Assembly: GCF_000485595.1 (NCBI RefSeq)
Contig: NW_014577090.1
Location: 275,443-339,077 of the forward strand
Length of the DNA stretch: 63,635 bases
Source of the DNA: Priapulus caudatus
Lineage: Eukaryota
Reading direction: 5' to 3'
In this document: piece after piece, positions 1 through 12,400 of the stretch
How positions within the stretch are numbered: the first letter of the stretch is position 1
Layout: every line of letters begins with the position of its first letter
Notes under the pieces: model-generated
Told to the model about the DNA's origin: nothing
Database searches by the model: none
What the model saw: the letters and a program-made list of their open reading frames with translations, nothing else
Position numbers and translations under genes: made by a program

Positions 1-1045
1 GTGCGGTGGTACGTGCATGAGCGCGAGCGTGTGTGCGTGCGTGTGCATGTGCGGTGGTGCGTGCGTGTGCATGTGCGGGGGTACGTGCGTGTGCATGTGC
101 GGTGGTACGTGCGTGTGCATGTGCGGTGGTACGTGCATGCGCGCGAGCGTGTGTGCGTGCGTGTGCATGTGCGGTGGTACATGCATGCGCGCGAGCGTGT
201 GTGCGTGCGTGTGCATGTGCGGGGGTACGTGCGTGTGCATGTGCGGTGGTACGTGCATGCGCGCGTGTGTGTGTGCATGCGTGTGCATGTGCGGTGGTAC
301 GTGCGTGTGTATGTGCGGTGGTACGTGCGTGTGCATGTACGGTGGTGCGTGCGTGTGCATGTGCGGTGGTACGTGCATGCGCGCGAGCGTGTGCGCGTGC
401 GTGTGTATGTGCGGTGGTACATGCATGCGCGCGAGCGTGTGTGCGTGCGTGTGCATGTGCGGTGGTACGTGCATGAGCGCGAGCGTGTGTGCGTGCGTGT
501 GCATGTGCGGTGGTGCGTGCGTGTGCATGTGCGGGGGTACGTGCGTGTGCATGTGCGGTGGTACGTGCATGAGCGCGAGCGTGTGTGCGTGCGTGTGCAT
601 GTGCGGTGGTGCGTGCGTGTGCATGTGCGGGGGTACGTGCGTGTGCATGTGCGGTGGTACGTGCATGAGCGCGAGCGTGTGTGCGTGCGTGTGCATGTGC
701 GGTGGTGCGTGCGTGTGCATGTGCGGGGGTACGTGCGTGTGCATGTGCGGTGGTACGTGCATGAGCGCGAGCGTGTGTGCGTGCGTGTGCATGTGCGGTG
801 GTGCGTGCGTGTGCATGTGCGGGGGTACGTGCGTGTGCATGTGCGGTGGTACGTGCGTGTGTATGTGCGGTGGTACGTGCGTGTGCATGTACGGTGGTGC
901 GTGCGTGTGCATGTGCGGTGGTACGTGCATGCGCGCGAGCGTGTGTGCGTGCGTGTGCATATGCGGTGGTACGTGCGGTGCATGCGCGCGAGCGTGTGTG
1001 CGTGCGTGTGTATGTGCGGTGGAGCGTGCGTGCGCGTGTGCGCGC
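1..1045. repeat. GC-rich minisatellite built from 24-bp units (GTGCGTGTGCATGTGCGGTGGTAC and variants), probably intronic in the GABA-B-like gene
   Basis: Directly visible tandem units. The 24-bp period explains the spurious VRVHVRWY/CVCMCGGT ORFs. Confidence 0.95.
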
Positions 1046-1286
1046 ATTTATTCACATAACATAATAATATCAGGTGCCGTAAACATATTAGGGTTAGGAG
1101 ATGAGCCAAGTAGCTGCCTTATCCGTCGGGACACTGTAGCGCACCGCGTGTAATTAACCCACTGTAATAAAAGCACACTAGCGCACTACCGCTGGAACGC
1201 GTTACTAATAAAACAGTAGTAAAATAGTTAGTGGTAAATCTATAAAACCGAGTGTGTGTACATGTATGTTTTCCCCCGCTGCGCAG

Positions 1287-2979
1287 GGATGAGCGTGTAT
1301 AACGTCGTCATCATCAGCATCATCGTCGTAGTCATATCGAACATAGTGATGAAGGAGCATACGCTGGTGTACGTGCTGATAGCGTCACTCATACTTCTCT
1401 CAACCACCGTTACTCTGTGCTTCACGTTTGTGCCAAAGGCGAGTATATGTGTAATTATTATTTGTACCCATGTATTTTAAAACAAGTTTATTGAGTGACC
1501 AACTATCGCAACTCTACGCTTTACGTTTGTACTAAATGCGAGTATATTAAAAAAAAAAATTTTGTATCGCTGTATGTTGAATTATATTGATTGACCAACT
1601 ACCGTTACTTCGTGCTTCACGTTTGTGCCAAAGGTGAATATATCTGTAGCTTTTATTTGTTGTATTTATTATGTTTCGTGCAAATTTATTATTGCCGGTA
1701 TGTCGTTAAGCGCCTGTTGTGGCTAATAAGGATTACGACTAGGTGGCCTCAACCTAGCTTACCGTAAAAACAACGTACCTTAAAATCAACTAGCATCATT
1801 TCTCATTGAACCTCCAATTGATCTCACCATCTGGCATGATCGACAGGCAGCTCTAACCAATCCCTGCCGGGATATGACATTCTGAAGGCAATGCTTAGCA
1901 GCGAAGACAACATGCTGGCGTGCGCGCTTAGAAAAAAAACGTACAAATCGTTCAAACCTGACCGACCTAACCTAAAAACAAAACAAATAAAAATACTAAT
2001 AAAACGGCATTTCCTTCAGTTCAACATTGTCACGCTCGGACGGCTGCGCCGATGACGGTTAATTCCTGCGTAGCGGTAATCCGTATTTTTCACGCGGCTG
2101 CTGCCCGTAGATACTCACGATAGTCAAGTGTCCTGACGGCGATCCCGTGCTCGAAGCAACCGGTCTCAAGATGGAGAGCAGGACGCGGCGCTTCGCGGGC
2201 GAGGACCGCAGAGAGCTGCTCTACCGCGCAGAGGTGCAGAACAGGGTCTACAAGCGAGAACTCACGCAGGTGCGAATGGAGAGAGGCGGGTTCCCACGGC
2301 AACCGTCACTGGGTGGGGTGGGGGGGGGTTGATGATCGGACGTCCCTCTCGTTGTCAGGTTGATGTTATTGGTTCTGATGCCGACGGCTATGATGGCAGA
2401 GCCGACGTTAATGATGGCGACAGCGACGACGACGATGATGATGATGGTGATGATAATGATGATGGTGATAATGATGATGGAGATGATAATGATTATGATG
2501 ATGACGATGGCGACGATGATAGCCTCGCTCTCTGATTTAAGATATTGATAGGATAATGCGCCTAACGACTGTACCGAAAAAAACACGAAAAAAATGTTTA
2601 AAAAAATAAAAGACGACGATGCAATCGGTTTTAATTAACACGAAGTGGATAAATAAACCAATTAACTAAAAGCGACTCACAATCGACTGAATCCTGACCG
2701 TCTCGACGCTGTCTCCCTCACAGCTGGACAAAGAGCTGAACCGCCTGCAGCATCTTCTGGAGCTGCCAATCGAACCATATCAGAGGATTTCGGAGGAGCT
2801 GCTACATCTGCTGCCGGAGTCGAACGTCGACGCGACGCCGCAGTCCGTGAGGAAGAGCAGGCAGGCGCGCTGTCAGGTAGAGTGCTGTCTGGCTCTCTCG
2901 CGAGCGCGCGAGCGAGCGAGCGCTCTCTCTCGCTCAATCTCTTTCTCACTATCTCTCTATCTCTCTATCGATTGATTAT

Positions 2980-3014
<35 letters not shown>

Positions 3015-3030
3015 CCCTCCCTCTCTCTCA

Positions 3031-3083
<53 letters not shown>

Positions 3084-3097
3084 ACTTNNNNNNNNNN

Positions 3098-3169
<72 letters not shown>

Positions 3170-4653
3170 ACTTTCGTTCACTTTCTCCATCTCTCCCTCA
3201 ATGTATGCACTCTATATTAGTATGGTTTTGTGCAAAGCTAGTACTTATCCAAGTTAATCAGAAAATTTGCGGATGTGCGGTCTCTTTCTCTTTCACGTGT
3301 TTCATTGATGCTTCCCTGCAAGGATGTAGAAATCTACGCGGTTTGTCGTTGTTTCGTGAATCGTCGCGTGACTGAGAAGATATAGAGAAAACGAGCGCAA
3401 TTGTCAGGAAAACCGATCAATCTTTCGACTTGAAAATTACGATACAAACAATCGCCGGATATTTTACCCGTGGGAGTAGCACAGCAGATGTGCAGCTGTT
3501 TTTTTCAACGTGCTCACATACTTCATATAGCTGTTTCATTGTCAGTAGGAAACAGCCGCAGGTCGTATAATGTTATAATCTCAATCGCACAAGCTGCTTC
3601 GTTAGTTTCTACCATTCAAATGACAACGGCCAGTGATAAGCATTATTTAAAAAAATATTAGTAATTATTTTTTAGTAGTAGTTGAATATTTTTTAAAGCG
3701 ATTCGTTGATTCGTTCATGATCTAATTATATGCTCTCATTCTATGCCTCAATTAGTTTATTATGAATCAGTTGAATTTCAATCATCCGTATATTGACCCG
3801 TGGATCACCATGTGTGTGCGCGTGCGTGCGTGGAGCGTATAGTACCGCACGCGAACACGAACATGGTTTACACGCGCGATGACGCCGTTATAACATCTCT
3901 CTTCCCTCTCTCCACCCACCTCTCCCGCAGGCGCGTCGGCGGGACACTGCCGACGACAACAGCACGTGTCACATGTCGCTCGACATGTCCGAAATCGACG
4001 AGGCGCTCACCGACGTGCCGGACATCGACTCGTGTCAGGGCATCCTCGCGCGACAGGCCAAGCGCAAGCTCGACCGCGAGGACTCCGGCATCCACACGAT
4101 GTCGTTCCGCAGCGGCAGCAATCGCATTAACCACGAGAGCGACAGCGAGACGTCCGAGTACCTGCTCGCGATGGCAGCGCCGCAGCTGCCGCCGGCCGCC
4201 GACACCGAGGTGCGCACATATCGGTTCCGGTCGCCGCGCGCCGACGCCGTCGGCAGGTCGCACGACTACCTCGAGCTGACGTCGGCCGGGCCGCTCGACG
4301 AGATCGACGAGTCGGCCGAGGATCGTCGGCGCAGCGACGACCACTACCGCGTCGACAACGGCGTCTCGCTCGCCGGGCTGTTCTCGTCGACGATTCCCAC
4401 CGCGCCGAACGCGAAGACGACGAAGCTCGACCTTCCGCTGACCTTCGAGAACACGCGTGCGATACGCGGCGTGCCGCCGCCGCCGACGTCGTCGTCGCGC
4501 GGTAAGCCCGCCAAGGGCAGCGCGATCGCGGCGCTGTGCGCGCGCACGATACCGGACGAGGTGAAGAAGCAGAGACGCGAGAAGCTGTGCAAAAATCTCG
4601 ATCGCATCCAGTCGGAGCTGAACAGGCTGGAGGACACGGTGACGTACGTGTGA
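1287..4653 (+). CDS. GABA-B receptor subunit (GABA-B-R3-like class C GPCR), last four coding exons; 5' part lies outside the window
   Basis: Exons 1287-1438 (GMSVYNVVII...STTVTLCFTFVPK, TM6-TM7; GC donor), 2111-2269 (DPVLEATGLKMESRTRRF..DRRELLYRAEVQNRVYKRE), 2724-2876 (LDKELNRLQHLLE coiled coil) and 3931-4653 (ends DTVTYV*). Phases are consistent. Motifs closely resemble my recollection of insect GABA-B-R3. Confidence 0.85.
2340..2520. repeat. Imperfect (GAT/GAC)n trinucleotide microsatellite in intron
   Basis: Runs of gatgatgatgatggtgatgataatgat. Confidence 0.85.
2920..3168. repeat. (CT)n/(CTAT)n microsatellite spanning a small N-gap
   Basis: Directly visible; N run at about 3088-3097. Confidence 0.95.
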
Positions 4654-4860
4654 CGACACGGTGACGTGCGTGTGACGACACGGCGACGTACGTGTGACGA
4701 CGCGGTGACGTGCGTGTGACGACGCGGTGACGTGCGTGTGACGACGCGGTGACGTGCGTGTGACGACGCGGTGACGTACGTGTGACGACGCGGTGACGTA
4801 CGTGTGACGACACGGTGACGTGCGTGTGACGACACAGTGACGTATGCGTGACCACACGCG
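4632..4860 (+). repeat. 22-bp minisatellite (GACRCGGTGACGTRCGTGTGAC, about 10 copies) starting at the GABA-B-like stop codon
   Basis: Tandem units visible; the first unit encodes DTVTYV-stop. Confidence 0.9.
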
Positions 4861-7131
4861 GATGTATGAGCGATAACATGCAGATAGAGGTGTGGTAACA
4901 CACGGTCACACGTGTGTGATATCAGCTTAGTGGACACTATGACGTGAGCGCGAACATACACACACAAGTACAATTAGTTGACGCAGTGAAGTACGTATTA
5001 TAAGACATGGTCGTGAACCTGACATCACATTGATTGACAGCGTGACGTACTTAATGATGACGCACGGACATAAGTGTGACACTATTGGTTGACACAGTGA
5101 CGCATACTAGTATGCGATAGCAAACACACAACCCATTGGTCAGTGAATACAGTATTGCACATGCATGTAATAATACGCGACCATGAGTATAACCGGGAAA
5201 AAAATTAGTATGTTAATGTACTGCTGGTATGGGGAGTACATTTACGCGTTAACTTGCTCTCCTAATGTGATGCCTCTTTGACACAATGTTGGCAGAGGGT
5301 ATAGAGCAACATAGTGACACAATGACACAATGACACAGTGTCTATCGTACACCCACCGTCGCATCGTAAAACACATCAATACCTATGAGATAAACACCGA
5401 CATCGTCCGTAAACTATCCTGTAGCACGCGTCCCCCAGGTGTAGAGAGCAATGAACCTTAATTGAGATGAGATTTTGACAGGTGGCCGTGGATTGATGCG
5501 GGCCGCGCTACACCTCGTGTAATTTCCCCTATACGAGTAAAACCACTTCGCCGAGATCGTGTGATGAGAAAGATAGCATTCGATGCGGACAGATGATGCA
5601 GGCAACGTTGGTTTCGTCCAAATTCGTAAGCGAGATGTGAGAAAAATCCGAAGTGAAAACACCGAGTGCAAAAAACAGCAGGCAAACTTTGCTGTACACG
5701 ACACTGCGGGGCGGGGCATCGTTAATGAATCGAGTGTGCTGTCCGTGCATCGGCAATCGAGACAACAATTTCGGGGGGAAAGGCTGAGATTGGTTGTGAA
5801 GCCCTATCAGTGTGTGTATATGTGCGTGCGTGTGTATGCGTGCGCACTCGAGACCGACACAGTTGCTGCAAAATTCGTATTTAGTCAGTCTCGCGGGGAG
5901 ATGTAAGGAGCGGTTTTCTGACTCGGTGAATTACCCGTGGCGTCCAACAAAAAACCCCTTCATTATTTCATCCTGCTTCATATATCCGTCGCTCTGCTTT
6001 CTACTTTTCCACGTATGCAGTATTAGGCAGTACAGAATAATTATTTACAAATAAATTCCGTAGCATTAGTATGCTTCCTCGGAACGCACCATCTCTGCCT
6101 ATTAACATCCCAGCTCCCCTCCCCCCGTACTAATACCCTGCGATGAACATTTGTTCACACTCAGTTAGATTTAACAGTCAGAAATTGTCTCGCCTCTAGC
6201 GGTCGTCATCTCACGAACGTGTGCGCATTTTTAAACGTATATGAGCGGATAGGTTGCTATACGGTTAAAAAGCGCACAAACCTTATGTTTTCGTCTCTTT
6301 CACTGCGGACTGCAACGAGACGTTTCGCCTCGCTCTGTGTTTCACATCAGCGGTCACGTGGCCAAGCGTACCCGTATTATTGCCGCGTTTTATAATCACG
6401 CCCAAGCATTGTAAGACCGAAGATTTGATTAGACGAATTCTTCCATTTATCAGCCGAATGATGTCCTTGTACATATTTCGGTTGACGTATAGTGGTAGCC
6501 TAGCATATATTTAGTTGCTTTTGTTTGGTAAATCAAGGATGGAAAGCCTATACTAGTATCTACTGGTATGTTGCGTAAATGCAGATTTGAAATACAAATT
6601 TGCGTCGACGCAGCTAAACAAAGCGAGGAGAAGGGTTAGGAATGCGAACTAAGTGCAAATGACTTAGAAGCATCCGCAGACACTAAACTGAGAGACGTTA
6701 TAAGAAGCCGGATCGCTCACTCAAATCATTTCACTGGGGCGTCTCCACCATCGGTGTTTGCCTCACCATCGGAGGAGAGAGTCATTCGATCGTTTCACTG
6801 GGTAGACATTTTATTGGACATGCCACGTGTTGTCTGCCTGTGCGTCGCAGCGACAAGACACTCCGTGTAGCTAGCTGAACGAACGAATAGCAATTGAGCT
6901 ATCCGCCTGGGGTGATTGACAGGTAGGTCTAGCCAGTCCGCGTTGCGATAGAAACGTTCTAAAAACGCGGCTTAGTGATGAAGTGCCACGGAGTCAACAA
7001 GGTGGCGCGCACGCGTAAGAAAATACATGGATACTGGTCTAGTTTGACCGACCTAGCAACAATATCAAAGGCGGTGGGCGTGGTCATCTCATTGAGGCTG
7101 ATAGGTCAATTGTATCTTATTACCGCGTTCG

Positions 7132-7320
7132 TGTAACATGTCCCCCCTTACATGATTCCACTATGCACAGGCGCTGTTGGAACCTTATACATAAAGCAAT
7201 CCCTCACATTTAAGATGATCTACCGATTTTGTAAGTAGGAGCATCGCAAGGCACGCACCTGTATATAAGAACGCACTTGAGCTCTCTCTCTCTCACGCCT
7301 AGACAGGTGCTAAAGACGAG

Positions 7321-7369
<49 letters not shown>

Positions 7370-7485
7370 GTCGTGTACAAATGTCCCCCCGTTTACTGTT
7401 CCCAGTTTCTTACTTTTTTGACATGAATAAAACATGGTTGCCATGTAAACACACCAGCTGGCTTGCGTTCTTCTTTCATTTTACA
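7132..7485 (+). mobile_element. Possible solo-LTR-like remnant
   Basis: Begins TGTAACA, ends TTTTACA, has a TATA-like TATATAAG (~7262) and AATAAA (~7426). No TSD found. Confidence 0.3.
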
Positions 7486-8526
7486 ATAGTTTTGAAATTT
7501 CTCTTCATTTTACAATAGTTTTGATTCTTCATTCATTTAACAATAGATTTGATGCGTGGCTTGGGAATATGTTACATCTAGTTTCATTCGTTAACAAATT
7601 TTGCGCATTAATTGAGAGTAACATCTTACAGTAGAACGATGGAATGACAGAGAAGCAGCTTTGCCTGTCTAACAGCAACAGAAATCATATGATACAGTTG
7701 AACCGTTTTCAAGCCGGTTAAATGCAGTATAAAACGTCTGTGAAATGTTGAAAGTCTGTGAAAAGTCACAACTGATTATAATGCGTGTAACGAAACATAC
7801 TGCAATCTCAGTAAATCTACGAACAAATGAAAAATAAGAATACAATTCAACAACTTACAACTCACATTTAATAGTTACATGACACGGCAATATTGCTTAT
7901 AATGTTATGGGAGATAACTCGCTGCTTCACCTATCGTAACCCAAGTTTACACGCAGGTCATGCATACAGATGCCATCGCACCGTGCTCCAATATACTACC
8001 GCACCTAGTCTGCTACTAATAACCATCTTGAGCTTATTATTACAAAAGCCCGCACATTTTCACTTTAACACAGGGGAAAATGTTGGCTCCTGATCATTGC
8101 AAGTTTAAACACAAGTGGGTCTGCCACACCTATCTACGTACTTTCCCCTTTATATTCATACAGAATCAGTGAATAAAACTGCTGACGTAATTTCCCTAAA
8201 CGATTCATGATCAACAGACAACGATTTTCTGAGCTATCACAAGGTGCTATCAGTCGAGTCATCTACATCGTAACCATACAAACGTCAGTAAAATCAGGGC
8301 AAACAAAGCGTTTTCAATTCTTCCATGACTGTAGAGTATCAGGCATCGGTAATTGCACCTGGCCTATCATGCCACCCTTGCCTTCCTGTGGTGTGGCGCT
8401 TACGATCACCTACCCTCTTCACACAACCTAGCCGAGTAACGAAACGTTGGCCTTGCCCAACCTCTCAACCACCGCCTGCAGCCACGCGACCTCTTGCTAA
8501 GTCCATACCCCCTGCTTGCCCACCCT

Positions 8527-8890
8527 TTAAATTGACTACGTCACGAATTTTCTATGGTAAAATTTGTAAAATTTTTGTTGCCATTTTTTTACATTAAAAG
8601 TAAGAACTAACGGGACTAAACGTATCGTCAAATTCTTACCTGATAAAATTGTTTCTCAACTAGTTAAAAATCCAAAAAACCTGGACGATTTGATATTGTC
8701 TTCCTGACATTAATTGCTTGCTATGGGCTATGTATGAGTCCTGAGTGTATGTTCACATCGAACAATATAGTAAAATAAGAAGTATAATGCAGCAATTTAA
8801 CCATAAAAAGTGAACAGAATTACTTATATTTTGTGAAAAAGTGGAGAAAAAAATTTAATTTTTACCATTTACGGTGACGTAATCACTTTA
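8527..8890. mobile_element. Possible non-autonomous TIR element with TTAA target duplication (Kolobok/piggyBac-type TSD)
   Basis: TTAA-ATTGACTACGTCAC ... GTGACGTAATCACT-TTAA imperfect inverted termini. Confidence 0.4.
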
Positions 8891-9038
8891 ACTACAATCC
8901 CCTCCTGCTTGACCAACCTCCAACTACCATCCCCTTATGCAGGGCTTCCTCCCAACTGCCACCTGTGCTGCAGACTCCCCACCCCTTGACTTTGCGCTCT
9001 CATACCCGACTCTCTGCCGACTATTATTCGCTCATTTC

Positions 9039-9375
9039 CTACTGGCGTGTCTGCTGCAGTCGCTCGATTTGATCGGGATGCTTGGGACAGCCGCTCGTCA
9101 TCACCTCCGCAACGTTGTCCGTTATCAACACGTCGTCCTCAATCCGGATTCCGATTCCGCGGAACTCCTCCGGTGCATTCTGGTCTTTTTCGGGTACGTA
9201 GATGCCTGCGGTGGGAAGTGGTAATGCAGTGAGTGGCAAAGTTCTGTGCGAAGCGAGAAGTACTTGTGTTTGTATGAAGGTTATGTGCGCAGTCGTAATC
9301 CGTTAAAAACAGTAACATGGAGTAGTGACCTTCCTCTTTTCATTTCTTTTCTGTTTTCCTCTCTCTCAGCCTCCG

Positions 9376-9414
<39 letters not shown>

Positions 9415-12400
9415 CACTCTCACTCCCCTTCTCTCTCTCTTTCTTTTTCTCTCTCCGCCCTCTCCCTCTCCCTCTCTCTGAACCATACAAGAATTGTAGG
9501 TGAATCATGGTTTGAATCAAAAAGCAAAGATACTCTGTGCATACAGACAGTGCTAACGTTTACCTCACGTATATTACATTCCAGGGGCCCACTGTCAGGA
9601 ATATCATGAACAGTTGTGAGTATCCTAAGTCTAGGATATCATACATTTTGTTCACGTGTGCTCAACACATATTTTGCGTGCAACAGTTGCCACGTCCATT
9701 GATGCTATATATGATGCTTCTGACAACAGCCCACCCCCCTCAGGACTCGACCATAGACCGGATTGCATTAGCACCGACCTGGCTCTATCGTTATCACCAT
9801 TCCCGGCTCTAGCGGAATACTCCGGGGGATGTCGCTGCAGTCGTGAATGTCCATGCCGAGATAGTGGCTCAGATGATGCGGACAGTACGGATACATTGCC
9901 TGCAACACGCGGAATCTCTCTCACTCAATCCATCCGCAACAAAACGTCCGCAATAAACACATTAAAATAATTCTAAAATATAATACAATATATATAACGA
10001 ATAATGCAACACATATCAATATCACGCACATAAATATGATAATATGAATGTGTAACTTCTCGTGGTACGGAATCACGTGTAAACACGTGTCAGTAGTCTT
10101 CCCTAGAGGTGGCCACGGCTGGACGTTGTACTTACCTTGAGCAGGTCATTGCCACTGAGGTCACGTGCGAGGATCCCTAGTTGTTTGAGCTTCTCTCCCG
10201 TCATCAGGCACATCTCCTTGTAGAGGGAGTCAAGAGAGACTCCCGGCGTGCAGAGGTTCAGACAAGACTTCTGCACCTCCAGCACAGCTTCGTACAGACT
10301 GAGCTGAGGCTCACTGAATGATCCTACGACACACAGAAACGTGGAGGTTATCTAAATATGCTACATCGTTAATTTTATTATATATGTTAATTATTAATAA
10401 CAAAGTTATATAAATTTATTTTAACTGCTATATTAAAATTGCAATTTATTTTAAAAATTTATGTTTAAATTTATCGTATATTATTTTTTACGTTTTTTTT
10501 ATTTTCTTATTTATTTATTTAAACATTGTTCTCCCCATGTATGGGCCCTGATGTTGATATGCAATACAAACCACTACAGTACACTTAACACTCCAAATTT
10601 CATAGACTATTACAATTGCCTGTAGAGTTCCGAGCACATATAAATTTCCTATCATTATTTAAATCACTTTTAACTAAAAAACTTCACCTTTTTATAAAGC
10701 TTAACGTTAAACGGACCAAATCATTTGCTTTTACTGCTAGGCAGATTTCACATTATTGGAAAGTATTTAGCCCACATGAATTGATTGACCTTGGATCAAA
10801 TTAGGTAAGCTGGTAGCTTTGAAACATTGTGATTCACAAATTACTAACTTACTAGATCGCCAGTAAGAAGTTTAAGAAAAGAAACGTTTTTGTGTGTGTT
10901 ATTTGACATTCGTGGGGCTTTAACCAGACAAAAGACATGCAAGGCACGTGTGGGCTGTCCCTTTGGTAAAATTACATAGATATCAGGAGTTAATAAAAGA
11001 CAAATTTGTCTTTTATTAACTCCTGATAGATATCTAAAATAACAATGCGTACATACATCAAACTGTGAAGCAAATAAACTCACCAGAGATCGGCCATGTG
11101 CGCGTTAGATCACTGTTGTACCCAAACAATTCGCACCCACCATCCATGAGTACTAGCTGCCCATCCTGTATCAACTGCAAACACAAAGACAACCAGTTAA
11201 GTTTCATGCAAGATTGGATATGTACAATCTGTAAAGCCCCGGACACACTAGGCGATTTTCACCGGCGACTCAGTCGGGCGACTCAATCGCTGGTGAAAAT
11301 CTCCTAATGTGTGCAGTCAGTCGCCGCCGATTTTCGAGTCGGGCGACTGAGTTGCCCGAATCAAACATGTTTGATCAAATCGGGCGATTATTTCAGTCGC
11401 GCGACTACAATCGCCTAGTGTGTCCGGGTTGGCAAATGAGTCGCCCGAATGTACAATTCATTAGCCAATCAAACGGTGCCATTTTCAATCATGTGACTAT
11501 CAATCTAGGTGGCGCGAGTGCTTTAGTGTTGCAGCGGGAGAAAAATCGCCGATGAATCGCGCTGATATTCGCCTAGTGTGTCCACTCAGTTGCCCGACTC
11601 ATTCGCCGGCGACTCAGTCGCGCGACTCACTCGCCTGAAAAATCGCCTAGTGTGTCCGGGGCTTAAGACAGGGCATGCATAAAACTGCAGAATTAAACTC
11701 AATGGAAATGCACAGAGAGTCATAGTTTGAATAAAATGGCATAGTTCAACCATCTACCCGATTGATTTTTAACAGATAATGTTGGCACTATATATTGCTT
11801 TACTATACTATATAGCAGTGTTTCCCCTGCATTAACACGAGCGAGGCAGGCCGCCTCGCTTAAATTCTCAGCCGCCACGCAGAAATTTGTCCAAAACACT
11901 GCCTCGCTGATGAAAATCACTGTTCTTCCATAGAACAGTGATTATAATGCACCAATATAGCTTAGAATGCACCAAATTGCACCATTTTTTCACAAATTTT
12001 AGCAGCACCGGGGGTGCTCGCTTTGCTAGAACCTCGAAACGCGCAAACACACACACAATGAAAGTGTCAATGACACTGTAGCTCACCACAAAAAAAGGAC
12101 ACAAATGAGTGAGTAAGAAGAAGTCAGTTTTAAGTGAGCAACCATCGACGTACATTATAGAAACGATTGCCATCATTATATCGTAATAATAATTTATAAA
12201 CCAAAATGAATCACAATTTGTGACTGTAGATGGCGCTACACCCGCTTTGTAGCGATGGCATTTGAAATAAATAGGTTATGCTGCGTTCCGACATGTTTTG
12301 TAAATCTTTACTCTAATATAAACGTTTTATCGGCAGGGTGGAAAGGAAATACCAATTTTGCATTAAAGATATTGTCAATGAAATCTTGTAAAACGAACCA

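Noticed and set aside
1..1153. 352-aa and 378-aa Cys/Val/Arg-rich ORFs
   Set aside because: They are translations of a 24-bp minisatellite open in several frames, with no protein-like complexity.
2248..2586. Poly-Ile, poly-Asp and poly-Met ORFs
   Set aside because: Translations of a (GAT)n microsatellite in an intron.
4632..4860. CRISPR-like appearance of short repeats (also 39781-39975 and 59070-59740)
   Set aside because: Head-to-tail tandem units without unique spacers, no cas genes, and a eukaryotic context.
3868..4973. Long minus-strand ORFs opposite the GABA-B-like last exon
   Set aside because: Antisense shadows of a GC-rich exon extended by the 22-bp repeat.
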